In this document: piece after piece, positions 1 through 10,349 of the stretch
Layout: each line of letters opens with the position of its first letter
Position numbering within the stretch: position 1 is the first letter of the stretch
Source: a virus
Taxonomy: Duplodnaviria > Caudoviricetes
IMG/VR virus record: IMGVR_UViG_3300020333_000061
Location: 1-53,204 of that record
Reading direction: 5' to 3' (one strand)
DNA length: 53,204 nucleotides
Notes under the pieces: generated by a model
Told to the model about the DNA's origin: nothing
The model's database searches: none
The model's input: only the letters and a program-made list of their open reading frames with translations
Position numbers and translations under genes: made by a program

Positions 1-1602
1 CCAATTATAGGAAATTTTTTAGCTGATGCTATTAATTTTGATGATATAGGTAAAAGTTTAATAGATGGTTTTAGAAGTACTATGGCTCCTGGTGGACCCG
101 TTGGTGATTCACTTGCAAAAACAATAGGAATGAGCACTTTTCAGGGAGTAATTGAAGGAACTTCATCTGGTCTAGTAGAATCAAAGATTACAAAATCTGC
201 CATTCAACAGACACAAGGCCAGTGGGAACAGGTCGGGGCGAGTCGAGGGAAAGGCTTTTTCGCAGGATTTAAAAATGCAGCTAAGAGTGTATGGGCCTTT
301 TTTACTGGTAGGAAATTTGGAGGACCTCAAGAGGAATTAAACTTTAATACAACTAACGCTGCTATGGCTGACGCAAAAAAAGGGACCTGGCCAGGGCTCA
401 AAGAAATGCATGAGAATCTGGGAAAAGAAGGTGATATTCAAGGGAAGATAAACAAAAAACTAGCGGCAAGAAGGATACTTACGACTTTTTTAGGAACTGC
501 AGCGGCACTTTGGGTCGCTAAGGCAGCTGCATTCGCATTCCAAACTGGGTTGGGAGTAGGGAATATGCTCAAGATGGGTCCTGCAATATTAATTAACAAA
601 AAATATGTTGAAGCTATGGCGGAAGAATTTGGTACCATTAATGATGTTAATTGGAAAACTGCTAAAGCATTAAAAATACAGGAATTTAGATATGGTATTC
701 AATCAGACCAAGCAGTAAAAATATTAAGAATTCAAACTGCAATATCTGATAAAACTAATGATCAATTAATAGCTATTCAAAAATCAGTTGCTCAAGAAGC
801 TAGATTGGCGGGAGTACTTCCAGCTAAATTATTTGAAGATATAGCGCAGAATATGGAATATTTTGCAAAGACGGCAAAAGAAGGTGGTGAAAATGTTATG
901 ATGACTGCTTTAGCCGCTAAAAAACTTGGATTAAATTTGGGTGTTGTTGATCAGATAGCTACACATTTGTTAGATATAGAAGGGTCTATAGCTGCACAAT
1001 TTGAAGCTTCAGCAGTACTTGGTAAAGAGCTTAATCTTGATAGAGCTCGTCAATTATCTTTATTAGGGAAAGATGCGGAAATGATGGAAGAAGTTTTAAG
1101 ACTGGTTGGTGGAGAAGCATCCTTTAATAAAATGAATAGAATAGAAAGAGATTTATTAAGTAAAGCAATAGGAACGGATATTACTAATGTAGCAAAAATG
1201 GTTACTGAAGAAGAAAGGGCTACTAAAGCGGTAGCAAAACAAAAGAATCAATGGATTGCGATTGGGGGAATTGTACTAGGTATAATTGGAGCTCTTGTGG
1301 GTATTATACCAGGATTCGGTCAAATAGCATGGGGAAAAATGGCAGCAGGCGCAGTGATAGGTGCAGGTATCGGTATGGGTATAGGTTCTGCAGTTGGATC
1401 GAAACTACCATCATTTCAAGGATTACCACCTGGAGTTGGAGCAAAGATACAGACTGGTGGAGCTATGGCACATGGTGGAGAAACTATTGTTAGAACTGAA
1501 AGTATAAATATGGATGGATTACTAACAGAAATTAAAGGATTAAGACAAGACCTTAATAAAGGTCAAGGAAGAATCTATAGAGGACTTGAGGAATTAGGAT
1601 AA
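1..1602 (+). CDS. Tail tape measure-like protein, C-terminal part (5'-truncated)
   Basis: Frame is open from base 1. Ala/Gly/Lys-rich helical sequence (IAAQFEASAVLGKELNLDRARQLSL), hydrophobic Gly-rich stretches, terminal AHGGETIV motif; lies directly upstream of baseplate-type genes. Confidence 0.65.
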   Translation, partial: PIIGNFLADAINFDDIGKSLIDGFRSTMAPGGPVGDSLAKTIGMSTFQGVIEGTSSGLVESKITKSAIQQTQGQWEQVGASRGKGFFAGFKNAAKSVWAFFTGRKFGGPQEELNFNTTNAAMADAKKGTWPGLKEMHENLGKEGDIQGKINKKLAARRILTTFLGTAAALWVAKAAAFAFQTGLGVGNMLKMGPAILINKKYVEAMAEEFGTINDVNWKTAKALKIQEFRYGIQSDQAVKILRIQTAISDKTNDQLIAIQKSVAQEARLAGVLPAKLFEDIAQNMEYFAKTAKEGGENVMMTALAAKKLGLNLGVVDQIATHLLDIEGSIAAQFEASAVLGKELNLDRARQLSLLGKDAEMMEEVLRLVGGEASFNKMNRIERDLLSKAIGTDITNVAKMVTEEERATKAVAKQKNQWIAIGGIVLGIIGALVGIIPGFGQIAWGKMAAGAVIGAGIGMGIGSAVGSKLPSFQGLPPGVGAKIQTGGAMAHGGETIVRTESINMDGLLTEIKGLRQDLNKGQGRIYRGLEELG

Positions 1603-4424
1603 TGGCATTATCAGATTTAGATAGACCGAAGCTTAAAGAATATGTGAAAACTTCTATTGAGAGAAAGCATAGTTCAGATCCTAATAAGGTTCATAAAACT
1701 GAATTATCATTAGTAGATTATATTAAAAATACTTTTGCTACTGGATTTAGTAAAAATTTACAATTAAGAGAAACTAAATTTGTAGGTATTTCTGAAAACA
1801 CATATACATATCCTGAACAATTTCAAACTGAATTTACACAACTGGGAATACAAGATAGATTTCATAATGAAGACGCTAAAGGATTTTCACTAAACTTTGT
1901 TCCTGGCAGTGAGACTAAATTTGTGGGTGTGAAAGATAATACGTATACATATCCAAATACATTAGGATTAAATTTTGCTCCAGATTGGGATGTAAAACCA
2001 AAATCCACTTTAAGAGTTAGTTATATACCATCACCCGCTGGATCTACAGATATTGATGCTACAGGATTTACAGTTTTTCAAGATGACTTAAATAAAACTA
2101 AATTCTTAGGTATTGATTTAACATCAGTTCCCAATACATATACTTATCCAGATAATTACGGATTTGGTTTTGGTAATTTAGGCGTTGTAGATTTTATGGA
2201 TGGTATTCCTCTAGGTAAAGGATTTATACCACCTGGAAATCATCCTGAAGGTTTTACAAAGAATATGACTACTAGTAAGTATATGTCAGAGGGTCATTTA
2301 GCAACAATAGATAATATCAATATATTTTCTGCAGATTATAAATTAGATAATAGCGATTGGATACCAAATACTTTATCTATTACTAAACACGATGACCGTA
2401 GATTTCATGCACCTCAACCTGGAACACATATACCAAATTTATACAGAAAGTATCCATCATTATTGAGTTATGGACCAATGGATCATATTGGATTATCAAT
2501 GACACTTAGTCAATCAAATTTGGTTCGTAGGTATGTTGAAGATTTAGGTGATGATTTTACTAGTTATGAAGATTTAAAACATAAAATGGATGGACCTTTT
2601 TATAGTGAGTTATTAATAAGTCCAGGTGGAAGAGCAATACAAGAAAAATTTCCTTTAATACGTACCATTGTTGATTTGGGAATAATGTTTGATGAAATTG
2701 GTAATATTTTAAAAGATCCTAAAAAATTATTTAATAGACAACAATTTAATCAAATATCAAGTCCAAATCCAAATACTAGATTATTAAATCCACTATATAA
2801 TGTTGGTGGAAGTACACCATTTCTTAAACAACCTAGAACTATAAATTTATCGCAGATTCAAACTGCATTTGTTGATACTTTGAATGAGTTAACTGGTAGG
2901 AATGCTTCTAAATATGGTGTTTATGAAAGATTTGAAGGATATGATTGGAATAGAAAAGATAAATTAAATGGAACTTTTTCTTGGGATTCTTGGGCTGGTA
3001 TTATGGGTCAAGAAGGTGCTGAAGAGGCATCAAGACGGGACACAGGTAATAAATTATATCAATGGACTCTTGCTAGATTTATAGATTCCGAGGGTGCAAC
3101 TGGAGTATCGGTTGAAAGACAGGAACAGAAAAAGAAAATGTCTACTGGTGAGTGGTTATTGGGGGTAGCTGGAGATGCTTGGGAAAGTCAAGTTATAGAG
3201 CCATTAGAAGATTTAAGAGATAGTACAATAATGGCTGTAACTGGTGAAAGAAAAGGAGTACCAACACCGCCAAAACAATATGTTAAATCCCAAAGAAAAT
3301 TAGATCCAGATGGTGAAAAGGTAAATCTTGGAGAACAACCAAAAACTAGTGATAGATATGCTAGTTTAGATTATGAAAATTTAGATCGTACAAAAGATTA
3401 TAGTGCAATAGATGATGTTTTTGGTTATAGATTTAAAGGTAAGTATGAAGATGATTTATTTTCTGGGGGCGAAAAACAAAATATTATAGATAAAGTTCCT
3501 GGAAAAACAGGTAATAGACCACCCAATGTAGTTAAAGCACAAGAAGATCACGGTATTATCGGTGGAGTGAAAATAATGACTGATTATAGGACAGAAGGTA
3601 AATCTATTGTAGATAATATTGGTCAACAGGGGATATCAGATGACGCTACAGTATTATCTGGAATTAATCAATCTGTAAATCATGGATTGGGATTAACTTC
3701 TTCACCTAAAAGTGCTAGAGTTGATAAAATAAATTTATATCCACCAACAATTGCAAAGGCTGAAGATTTACCAAGTGATTTTATAAAATTTAGATTTAAG
3801 GATGTAATAAATAATAAATTTTTAATATTTAGAGCAATTTTATCTGGTATAAATGATAATATAACACCAGAATGGCAAGGTGAAAAGTATATTGGTAGAG
3901 CAGATAAAGTTTATGTTTATACTGGGGCGGAAAGAAATATTGCTTTTAATTTTGCTATAGCTCCTAAATCAAAAATAGAATTTCCAAATTTGATACGGAA
4001 ATTAAATGCTTTAATGGGATTATGTTATCCAGAATATGACAAAGATGGATATGGTAATGCTAGAATGGTTGCTCCTTTTATTGAATTAACTATGGGTAAT
4101 ATTTTAGTGAATAGTCCAGGATTTTTAAATTCTTTTAGTTATACGGTTGAGGAATCTAGTACCTGGGAATTCGATGAAGGTTTACAGTTTCCAAAATTTA
4201 TTAATGTTAGTTGTGATTTTAGATATATTGGTAGTCAGATACCAGAAAAATATGGTAAACATTTGCATCATGGTTTTTACGGGGAAGGTGACAATAGATA
4301 TGATACACCAGATGTACAAGGGAATAAAACTTCTACTCTTGAAATTCCAGGATCAGACGTAATTGATGAGACTGTAGAACAAGTACAGAATATAGGAAAT
4401 ACAATACAGAGCTTTTTTGGATAG
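1602..4424 (+). CDS. Putative baseplate/tail-tube-initiator-type structural protein with N-terminal repeats
   Basis: C-terminal domain (DFIKFRF..FRAILSGINDNITPEW..YIGRADKVYVYTGAERNIAFNF..PFIELTMGN..PGFLNS) resembles contractile-tail tube/baseplate proteins; located after the tape measure gene. Confidence 0.55.
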   Translation: MALSDLDRPKLKEYVKTSIERKHSSDPNKVHKTELSLVDYIKNTFATGFSKNLQLRETKFVGISENTYTYPEQFQTEFTQLGIQDRFHNEDAKGFSLNFVPGSETKFVGVKDNTYTYPNTLGLNFAPDWDVKPKSTLRVSYIPSPAGSTDIDATGFTVFQDDLNKTKFLGIDLTSVPNTYTYPDNYGFGFGNLGVVDFMDGIPLGKGFIPPGNHPEGFTKNMTTSKYMSEGHLATIDNINIFSADYKLDNSDWIPNTLSITKHDDRRFHAPQPGTHIPNLYRKYPSLLSYGPMDHIGLSMTLSQSNLVRRYVEDLGDDFTSYEDLKHKMDGPFYSELLISPGGRAIQEKFPLIRTIVDLGIMFDEIGNILKDPKKLFNRQQFNQISSPNPNTRLLNPLYNVGGSTPFLKQPRTINLSQIQTAFVDTLNELTGRNASKYGVYERFEGYDWNRKDKLNGTFSWDSWAGIMGQEGAEEASRRDTGNKLYQWTLARFIDSEGATGVSVERQEQKKKMSTGEWLLGVAGDAWESQVIEPLEDLRDSTIMAVTGERKGVPTPPKQYVKSQRKLDPDGEKVNLGEQPKTSDRYASLDYENLDRTKDYSAIDDVFGYRFKGKYEDDLFSGGEKQNIIDKVPGKTGNRPPNVVKAQEDHGIIGGVKIMTDYRTEGKSIVDNIGQQGISDDATVLSGINQSVNHGLGLTSSPKSARVDKINLYPPTIAKAEDLPSDFIKFRFKDVINNKFLIFRAILSGINDNITPEWQGEKYIGRADKVYVYTGAERNIAFNFAIAPKSKIEFPNLIRKLNALMGLCYPEYDKDGYGNARMVAPFIELTMGNILVNSPGFLNSFSYTVEESSTWEFDEGLQFPKFINVSCDFRYIGSQIPEKYGKHLHHGFYGEGDNRYDTPDVQGNKTSTLEIPGSDVIDETVEQVQNIGNTIQSFFG
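1740..2283 (+). repeat. Three full and one partial intragenic repeat GF(S/T)..TKF(V/L)G..NTYTYP
   Basis: TGFSKN..ETKFVGISENTYTYP; KGFSLN..ETKFVGVKDNTYTYP; TGFTVF..KTKFLGID..NTYTYP; EGFTKNMTTSKY. Confidence 0.8.
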
Positions 4425-4433
4425 TAAAATATT

Positions 4434-4739
4434 ATGAATAGATATAATTATACAGATAAAAAAATTAATTCAAAGAAAAAACAGAAAGTTTTTAAGCCAA
4501 CAATTTATCCTAAAATACCTATAAGGGATAGTGATGTTTTTATTTATCCAAAAGATATGGAAAGGTGTGAACATATTGCGTGGAGATTTTACGGAGACCA
4601 ATCATTGTGGTGGATAATAGCTCAAGCTAATAATATATTTGATGGATCTATTTATTTGAATAGTGAAAAACAAATTAGAGTTCCTCAAAATATAGGAAGT
4701 ATATTGGTAGATTTAGAATCTGAAAATGCATTGTTTTAA
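4434..4739 (+). CDS. LysM-like baseplate wedge protein (T4 gp53/P2 gpX-like)
   Basis: ERCEHIAWRFYGDQSLWWIIAQAN..QIRVP pattern; 101 aa; tail context. Confidence 0.7.
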   Translation: MNRYNYTDKKINSKKKQKVFKPTIYPKIPIRDSDVFIYPKDMERCEHIAWRFYGDQSLWWIIAQANNIFDGSIYLNSEKQIRVPQNIGSILVDLESENALF

Positions 4740-4744
4740 ATATT

Positions 4745-7700
4745 ATGTCTAATTTTGCATTAAGACCTATAAATGAAAAAATAATTTATAAACTCCTACA
4801 GAAACAAAAGGCGTTTTCACGTCAAAGTACGACTTCTGCGGGAAGTCCTGTAGATGATGCTGGATTAGTTCAGTTTTTTAATAGATCAACTTGGGCACAT
4901 CTTATATCATTAAATGTTGTGTCATCTAAAAAAGATCCTACTGAAAGAATAGCTATCATAGGAGCAGGTGAATTTAATGAAGAACCAGGTGGGGCAAATA
5001 AACCATTATTTATGAGGTCATTTGAGGATATATATAGACCAACATTAGAGAAAGAGGGAGCAAATTTTTATAAGCCTATTTCTGGAATTAAATCTATATC
5101 AACTAGATTTGAAGGAACTTTAAGATCTCGTAGAGAAGCTTCAGTAGAATTTACAATATTTTCATTAGATGACCTTGATAGATTATCACCACACTTTTTT
5201 AGAGTAGGTGCTGAAGTTCTTGTAGAGTTTGGTTGGCATTCAAAACATTCTAAAGGTGCTAATAGCTCATATATGTTTCAAGGTTCACTTGGTAATATGA
5301 TTATAGATACGTATCACCAAGAAAACGTCAAATCAATAAAAAATAAACCAAGAGCAATTAAATTATTGAAAGAAAATACTTCAGATGTATATGAAGAAGA
5401 AGTTTTAACTTATGGTGGTGATTATGATTATGTATTAGGGCAAATATCAGATTTTGAATATTCATTACGAGATGATGGTGGATTTGATTGTACAATAAAA
5501 GTTGTGACAGTTGGAATGAGTTTACTTGATAGTAAAATAAATAGAGAACAATCACCAACACGTAGTAGTTTTAATACAGAATTACCACCTGATGTAGCCT
5601 CAACAGAGTTTTATCAAGTGATGGAACATTTACCTGAGGTTTTGACGTACTCGGTTATTGAAAATTATAACAAAAATGGAAATAAATTAGGAAATGCACT
5701 AGGTTCACTTACATCCAATACAAGTGCTGACGCCAAGAGAGCACAAGACGGTTTACCTACATATATTGATTTTGTTAAATTAATTACAAAATATGGGTTT
5801 AAATATGATGGGAACCCAGATGATTACGAGAATAAAGTTACTGCGGAAGAAAGTAGATTAGATTTGACTTACACAGAAGTAGAATTAGATCCAGTTCCCA
5901 GAGATTTTAAATATACTGAATATGGACCTTTGGGTATAGATGAAAGATGGGTATATCCAATTTATGCAGGTGAAATATTAAATACAGATGAAATGGTTTA
6001 TCCAAATACCGATTATTGGGAGTGGGGTCTTATAGGACACGGGTTTGTATTACCACAAGGTACATCCGTAGATTCGGAAGTTGTAAATTTATATAAGGCT
6101 AAAGGTTATTTATTAGATTCGTCAAGACAAAAAACTATAGATGCTGCTAGAAAAATAAATAAAATGTTAGATCAGTATATAGGTCAGTTGGGTGATATGA
6201 ATCCTTTACATACAAGTTGGTTTGGATCAGATTACAGTGAAGGATATAAAACTAGTACTGTAGAAGACCGTATTCAAGTTTTAAAAGAACCTAGTATTAA
6301 TTTTATGGTGGGTGAAATACTTTATGATGAATTTGCGACAACATATTGGAGAGAATGGCAGGATGTTACAGAAGAAGAAAAAGAAGAATATTATAAACCT
6401 ACAGTAGAGAAGACTCAAGAAGATGTAACTATATCAGCACCATCTGAATTTATAGAGAAGGATTCAGATCCAAATGGATATGCTGCATTTTTTAGTAAAG
6501 GTGAAGATGGTATATTATCAGGACAGAGGGGATCTGGTGTAGAAACGGAACATATTCAAAGAGGAAACACTTCAAGAACTGTGGGAACAGATATTGAAGG
6601 AGTATTAGGTGACGATGAGGAAGATATAACAATTTTTGTAACTTATGCTCAAGGCTCAACTGTACAAATATTTACTGGGTTAAATTGGGAAGGAACTTTT
6701 AAACAATTTAATGATGGTATTAAATCATTTCCAGCGGGAGCGTTTGTAGATTTTGAGGATAAGGATTTTGGAACACACAAAACAGATAATAAATTTTTAG
6801 AAAAGGTTGATGATAGAAACCCACCAAAGACATGGGTAAGATGGGGTTGGTTTGAAGATAATATCTTGACAAAGTATTTGGGAATTATGTCTAAAGATGA
6901 TATATTAGATAAAGATATACCTATTTCAGTATTTAAGTCAGTAGAGAGAAAAATGATTGGAGATGTAGCAGCAGTTGCTACCGACGTTACAGGCGAGACA
7001 GAGATAAAGGTATACGAATCAAATAAAATTACATTACCTTCTGGACTAAATTCTACTGATGTTAACCAAATATTAATACCTGATAGAGTACGTACTCTAA
7101 GTAAGGTTAAGGATGGAATTTCTGAATCAGGAGATTTTAATTTTTATGGAGCTTTAGGACAGTTTTTAGATAGTAATGTTGGAGATACTATAGCTAAAGT
7201 AGAAGTTACAAGTGATGATAAAGATACAGAAGATAATTTAAAAGTAGGATATCTTAGAAATGTATTTGTAGAAGTAAATGAGTTAAAAAACTGTTTTGGT
7301 AACGTTGGTAATTTAAAAGAAGGTATAACTAATCTTATTGGTTTGTTTAAAAATAATTTTGGTATGGTGCATAATTTAGAGGTGCAGGCTGGAAATTCTG
7401 ATCCTGGAGTTATTGGATTACAGGATAAAAATTTGATTCTCAATAAAGATATTTGGAACGTACCACGAAGAAATATAAGAGAATTGTTAGATGGGTTGGG
7501 TGATGAAAAAAGTTTAGAGAACATTTCTAAATTGATAAACGTATATGAATTTCCAACTTGGGAGAAAGAGTCAATTGTAAAGAAACAAGATTTAAAGGTA
7601 TCTATTCCAAATTCTATGGCTATTACGGCTTTATTTGCTGGTAAAGAAAATAATTTAGAGTTGGGAACTTATGATAAAAATAAAGGTTCTTTACAGGCTC

Positions 7701-9622
7701 AAAAATTATCTAAATTTTTAAAATTAGATGAAACAGGAAATCCATTCCCTAATAAATCTTTAGGTAAAGTATTTAATTTGTTACCTTATGCTCAAAGTAA
7801 CCAGTTAATGTTATCTGGTAATGGAGAATTTGAGTATGGTATGAATGTACCACAATCCACCGATATTTTTTATAATCTTATAAATGCAAGTTATAAGAGA
7901 GCATTTTCAGGTAAACCTATTGATGCTGTAGATTATGAAGCACCTAGAATAGAATTAGAAGTTATGGAACCAGAAGGACCTATGGATGTAGATAGATACA
8001 GAACTTCTCATTTAGGCACAGATGGAACTATGTATCATAATGATGGTACATTGAAAACATCTGGTAATGGTGTGATAGATTATTTAAAATTGCAAGAGTA
8101 TGAATTAGAGTATGATGTGAATAAGTCAGTACATGTAAATTTTTCAGCATTAAATGGACTTATGGATTTATCTTTAACTATTGATGGAACAGCAGGAATT
8201 TTTCCAGGAAATTCATTTATTTCTACATATTTACCAAAAGCTTGGCAAAAAAGAACAAGTGGTAAAGCCAAAGGACAATATCCTATTATATTTCAAGCAG
8301 TAGATGTAAGTCATGAAGTTTCACCAGAGGGATGGAGTACAGATATAAAAGGTATGCCTAGATTTAATCCTGAAGCGTTTCCATATGTAACTACTGAAGC
8401 TGAGAAAACTGTAGCAGAAAATGCAAATAGTTCTCAAGACTCTATTCCAGAAAATACTTATGGGATTGCTAATTATAGAAATTTCTTTAATTTAAATGCA
8501 ACTGCTACACATCATATATTGACAAGTGTGTTGAGAGGAATAAATACTTCATTATTGGATTCTGATGCAGGATTTGTTATAGGAGATCGTAAACTTGGAG
8601 CTTTAAAGGATATCTTTTTTCCTGGAGATAGAGATGAAATTGGAGCTAAATATCAAATAAGAGCTCATAATTTAGATCAATTTGGTGGTTATGGATATAA
8701 ATACGCAGATTTTACAGATATATGGGATGAATGGCAGGGTAAATTAACTTGGGATTATCAAAATCCATTAATTTCTATGGTTCCTTCATCATATGCGGAT
8801 GGGGATTATGGAAAGGTTGAACGAGCTATAGGTGGTGGTGCAAGAAATAAAATAATTAATATACCAGGTAGTGATGGAGTTATAAATACTCATATAGATG
8901 CAATGATATTTTTACAAATGTCTATTATTATAGCAGGACTGAGTTATTATGGATCAACTCCTACTGATTTGACTCATAGGGATAGACGTCTTAATGAGCC
9001 TTGGAAAAGAGGTGCACCTTATTGTTGGTATAATAAGATGTTAGCTGATAATAATTTTAAAGCTTCAAAAGAAAGACCATCTAGTTTAACGGTTAATGGA
9101 ATATCTAGAGTAACCCAAACTGACTCTGATATACAAGAAGCACCGTTTGGATCAAGATTAGAATATTTCAAACTTAATGATTTTAAGAAAGGTGTTAACT
9201 CAGAATGGAATCTTAATGCACAACATCCCCAGGATGTGGAGATACCAGTTAGAATTCGTTTTGGAGACTCTTATGGAGTACACACGCAGGCGGGTGGTCA
9301 CCAAACTGGTGGTTCACAAATGACCATTGGACCTATTAGGGCGGGAATCGTAAGCAACTTAACATGGTCGACTGGTAGAACAACAGATTTGGATTATAAA
9401 ATCACTATAGATTATTGGACTCAAGTTTTTCTTACAATTATAAGAAATGAATTTGGTGCAAAAACTTGGAAAGAGTTTGATAATATTATTGAGAATCAAT
9501 TTGAAGATGAAGATTTCGTTTCAATGATACCAGGTGATGCAGATATAGTCGGTGTGGTAAATACTGAAAATATTTTTGAATATGCACTTAAATGTCGATA
9601 TTTAATATCAAACCCTACATAA
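4745..9622 (+). CDS. Large putative baseplate hub/tail-associated protein
   Basis: 1625 aa. N-terminal GIKSI..REASVEF..VLVEFGW..GDYDYVLGQISDFEYS..GGFDCT and later LSLTIDGTAGIFPGN..VSHEVSPEGWSTDI are hub-like; follows the LysM-like gene. Confidence 0.5.
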   Translation: MSNFALRPINEKIIYKLLQKQKAFSRQSTTSAGSPVDDAGLVQFFNRSTWAHLISLNVVSSKKDPTERIAIIGAGEFNEEPGGANKPLFMRSFEDIYRPTLEKEGANFYKPISGIKSISTRFEGTLRSRREASVEFTIFSLDDLDRLSPHFFRVGAEVLVEFGWHSKHSKGANSSYMFQGSLGNMIIDTYHQENVKSIKNKPRAIKLLKENTSDVYEEEVLTYGGDYDYVLGQISDFEYSLRDDGGFDCTIKVVTVGMSLLDSKINREQSPTRSSFNTELPPDVASTEFYQVMEHLPEVLTYSVIENYNKNGNKLGNALGSLTSNTSADAKRAQDGLPTYIDFVKLITKYGFKYDGNPDDYENKVTAEESRLDLTYTEVELDPVPRDFKYTEYGPLGIDERWVYPIYAGEILNTDEMVYPNTDYWEWGLIGHGFVLPQGTSVDSEVVNLYKAKGYLLDSSRQKTIDAARKINKMLDQYIGQLGDMNPLHTSWFGSDYSEGYKTSTVEDRIQVLKEPSINFMVGEILYDEFATTYWREWQDVTEEEKEEYYKPTVEKTQEDVTISAPSEFIEKDSDPNGYAAFFSKGEDGILSGQRGSGVETEHIQRGNTSRTVGTDIEGVLGDDEEDITIFVTYAQGSTVQIFTGLNWEGTFKQFNDGIKSFPAGAFVDFEDKDFGTHKTDNKFLEKVDDRNPPKTWVRWGWFEDNILTKYLGIMSKDDILDKDIPISVFKSVERKMIGDVAAVATDVTGETEIKVYESNKITLPSGLNSTDVNQILIPDRVRTLSKVKDGISESGDFNFYGALGQFLDSNVGDTIAKVEVTSDDKDTEDNLKVGYLRNVFVEVNELKNCFGNVGNLKEGITNLIGLFKNNFGMVHNLEVQAGNSDPGVIGLQDKNLILNKDIWNVPRRNIRELLDGLGDEKSLENISKLINVYEFPTWEKESIVKKQDLKVSIPNSMAITALFAGKENNLELGTYDKNKGSLQAQKLSKFLKLDETGNPFPNKSLGKVFNLLPYAQSNQLMLSGNGEFEYGMNVPQSTDIFYNLINASYKRAFSGKPIDAVDYEAPRIELEVMEPEGPMDVDRYRTSHLGTDGTMYHNDGTLKTSGNGVIDYLKLQEYELEYDVNKSVHVNFSALNGLMDLSLTIDGTAGIFPGNSFISTYLPKAWQKRTSGKAKGQYPIIFQAVDVSHEVSPEGWSTDIKGMPRFNPEAFPYVTTEAEKTVAENANSSQDSIPENTYGIANYRNFFNLNATATHHILTSVLRGINTSLLDSDAGFVIGDRKLGALKDIFFPGDRDEIGAKYQIRAHNLDQFGGYGYKYADFTDIWDEWQGKLTWDYQNPLISMVPSSYADGDYGKVERAIGGGARNKIINIPGSDGVINTHIDAMIFLQMSIIIAGLSYYGSTPTDLTHRDRRLNEPWKRGAPYCWYNKMLADNNFKASKERPSSLTVNGISRVTQTDSDIQEAPFGSRLEYFKLNDFKKGVNSEWNLNAQHPQDVEIPVRIRFGDSYGVHTQAGGHQTGGSQMTIGPIRAGIVSNLTWSTGRTTDLDYKITIDYWTQVFLTIIRNEFGAKTWKEFDNIIENQFEDEDFVSMIPGDADIVGVVNTENIFEYALKCRYLISNPT

Positions 9623-9650
9623 CATTGAAGTGAAATAAAAAGGTTATAAA

Positions 9651-10349
9651 ATGAAAAAACAGGTTCTCAATAAGGGATTTGTTGAAGTTATAGATTCACT
9701 AGGAACGGATTTAACAGTAGTTAATTCTGCCAGAGTTTCCTTCGGCAAACGACATACAAAATATACAGATGGTGATAAAAAATTGGTAAAGTATCTTGCC
9801 AAATATAAACACTTTTCACCATTTCGACATATGGTGGTACAATTCCATCTTAAAGCACCAGAGTTCGTTATGCGACAATGGTATAAACACGTAGTTGGAA
9901 TAGAAACCACATCATCATATCCCACCAAAGACCACGCTTGGAATGAGATTAGTGGTAGATACACACCCGTATCAGATTATTATATTCCAGAGGTGTGGAG
10001 AAAACAATCAGAAGATAATAAACAAGCATCTGAAGGTGAGTTAAATGATTTAGACCAGAAAAGAATGGACCATTTATATGAAAGATATTTGTTAGAAGTT
10101 GAGAGAGTATATGACACAATGGTAAAAAGTGGAATGGCTAAAGAGCAAGCCAGAGTGGTATTACCATTATCACAATATACAGAAGTTTATTGGACGGCAT
10201 CTTTTCAGGCAATTATGAATTTTATAGAATTAAGAGATGAAACAACTGCTCAATGGGAAATTCAGCAATATGCTAAATGTTTAAAAGAAATGATGTATGA
10301 CATTTATCCCGAAACTGTTAAAATATGGAGTGATGTATATTGGAAATAA
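9651..10349 (+). CDS. thyX: Flavin-dependent thymidylate synthase
   Basis: VNSARVSFG, HFSPF, NEISGRY, AKEQARVVLP, ELR..AQWEI motifs. Confidence 0.92.
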   Translation: MKKQVLNKGFVEVIDSLGTDLTVVNSARVSFGKRHTKYTDGDKKLVKYLAKYKHFSPFRHMVVQFHLKAPEFVMRQWYKHVVGIETTSSYPTKDHAWNEISGRYTPVSDYYIPEVWRKQSEDNKQASEGELNDLDQKRMDHLYERYLLEVERVYDTMVKSGMAKEQARVVLPLSQYTEVYWTASFQAIMNFIELRDETTAQWEIQQYAKCLKEMMYDIYPETVKIWSDVYWK

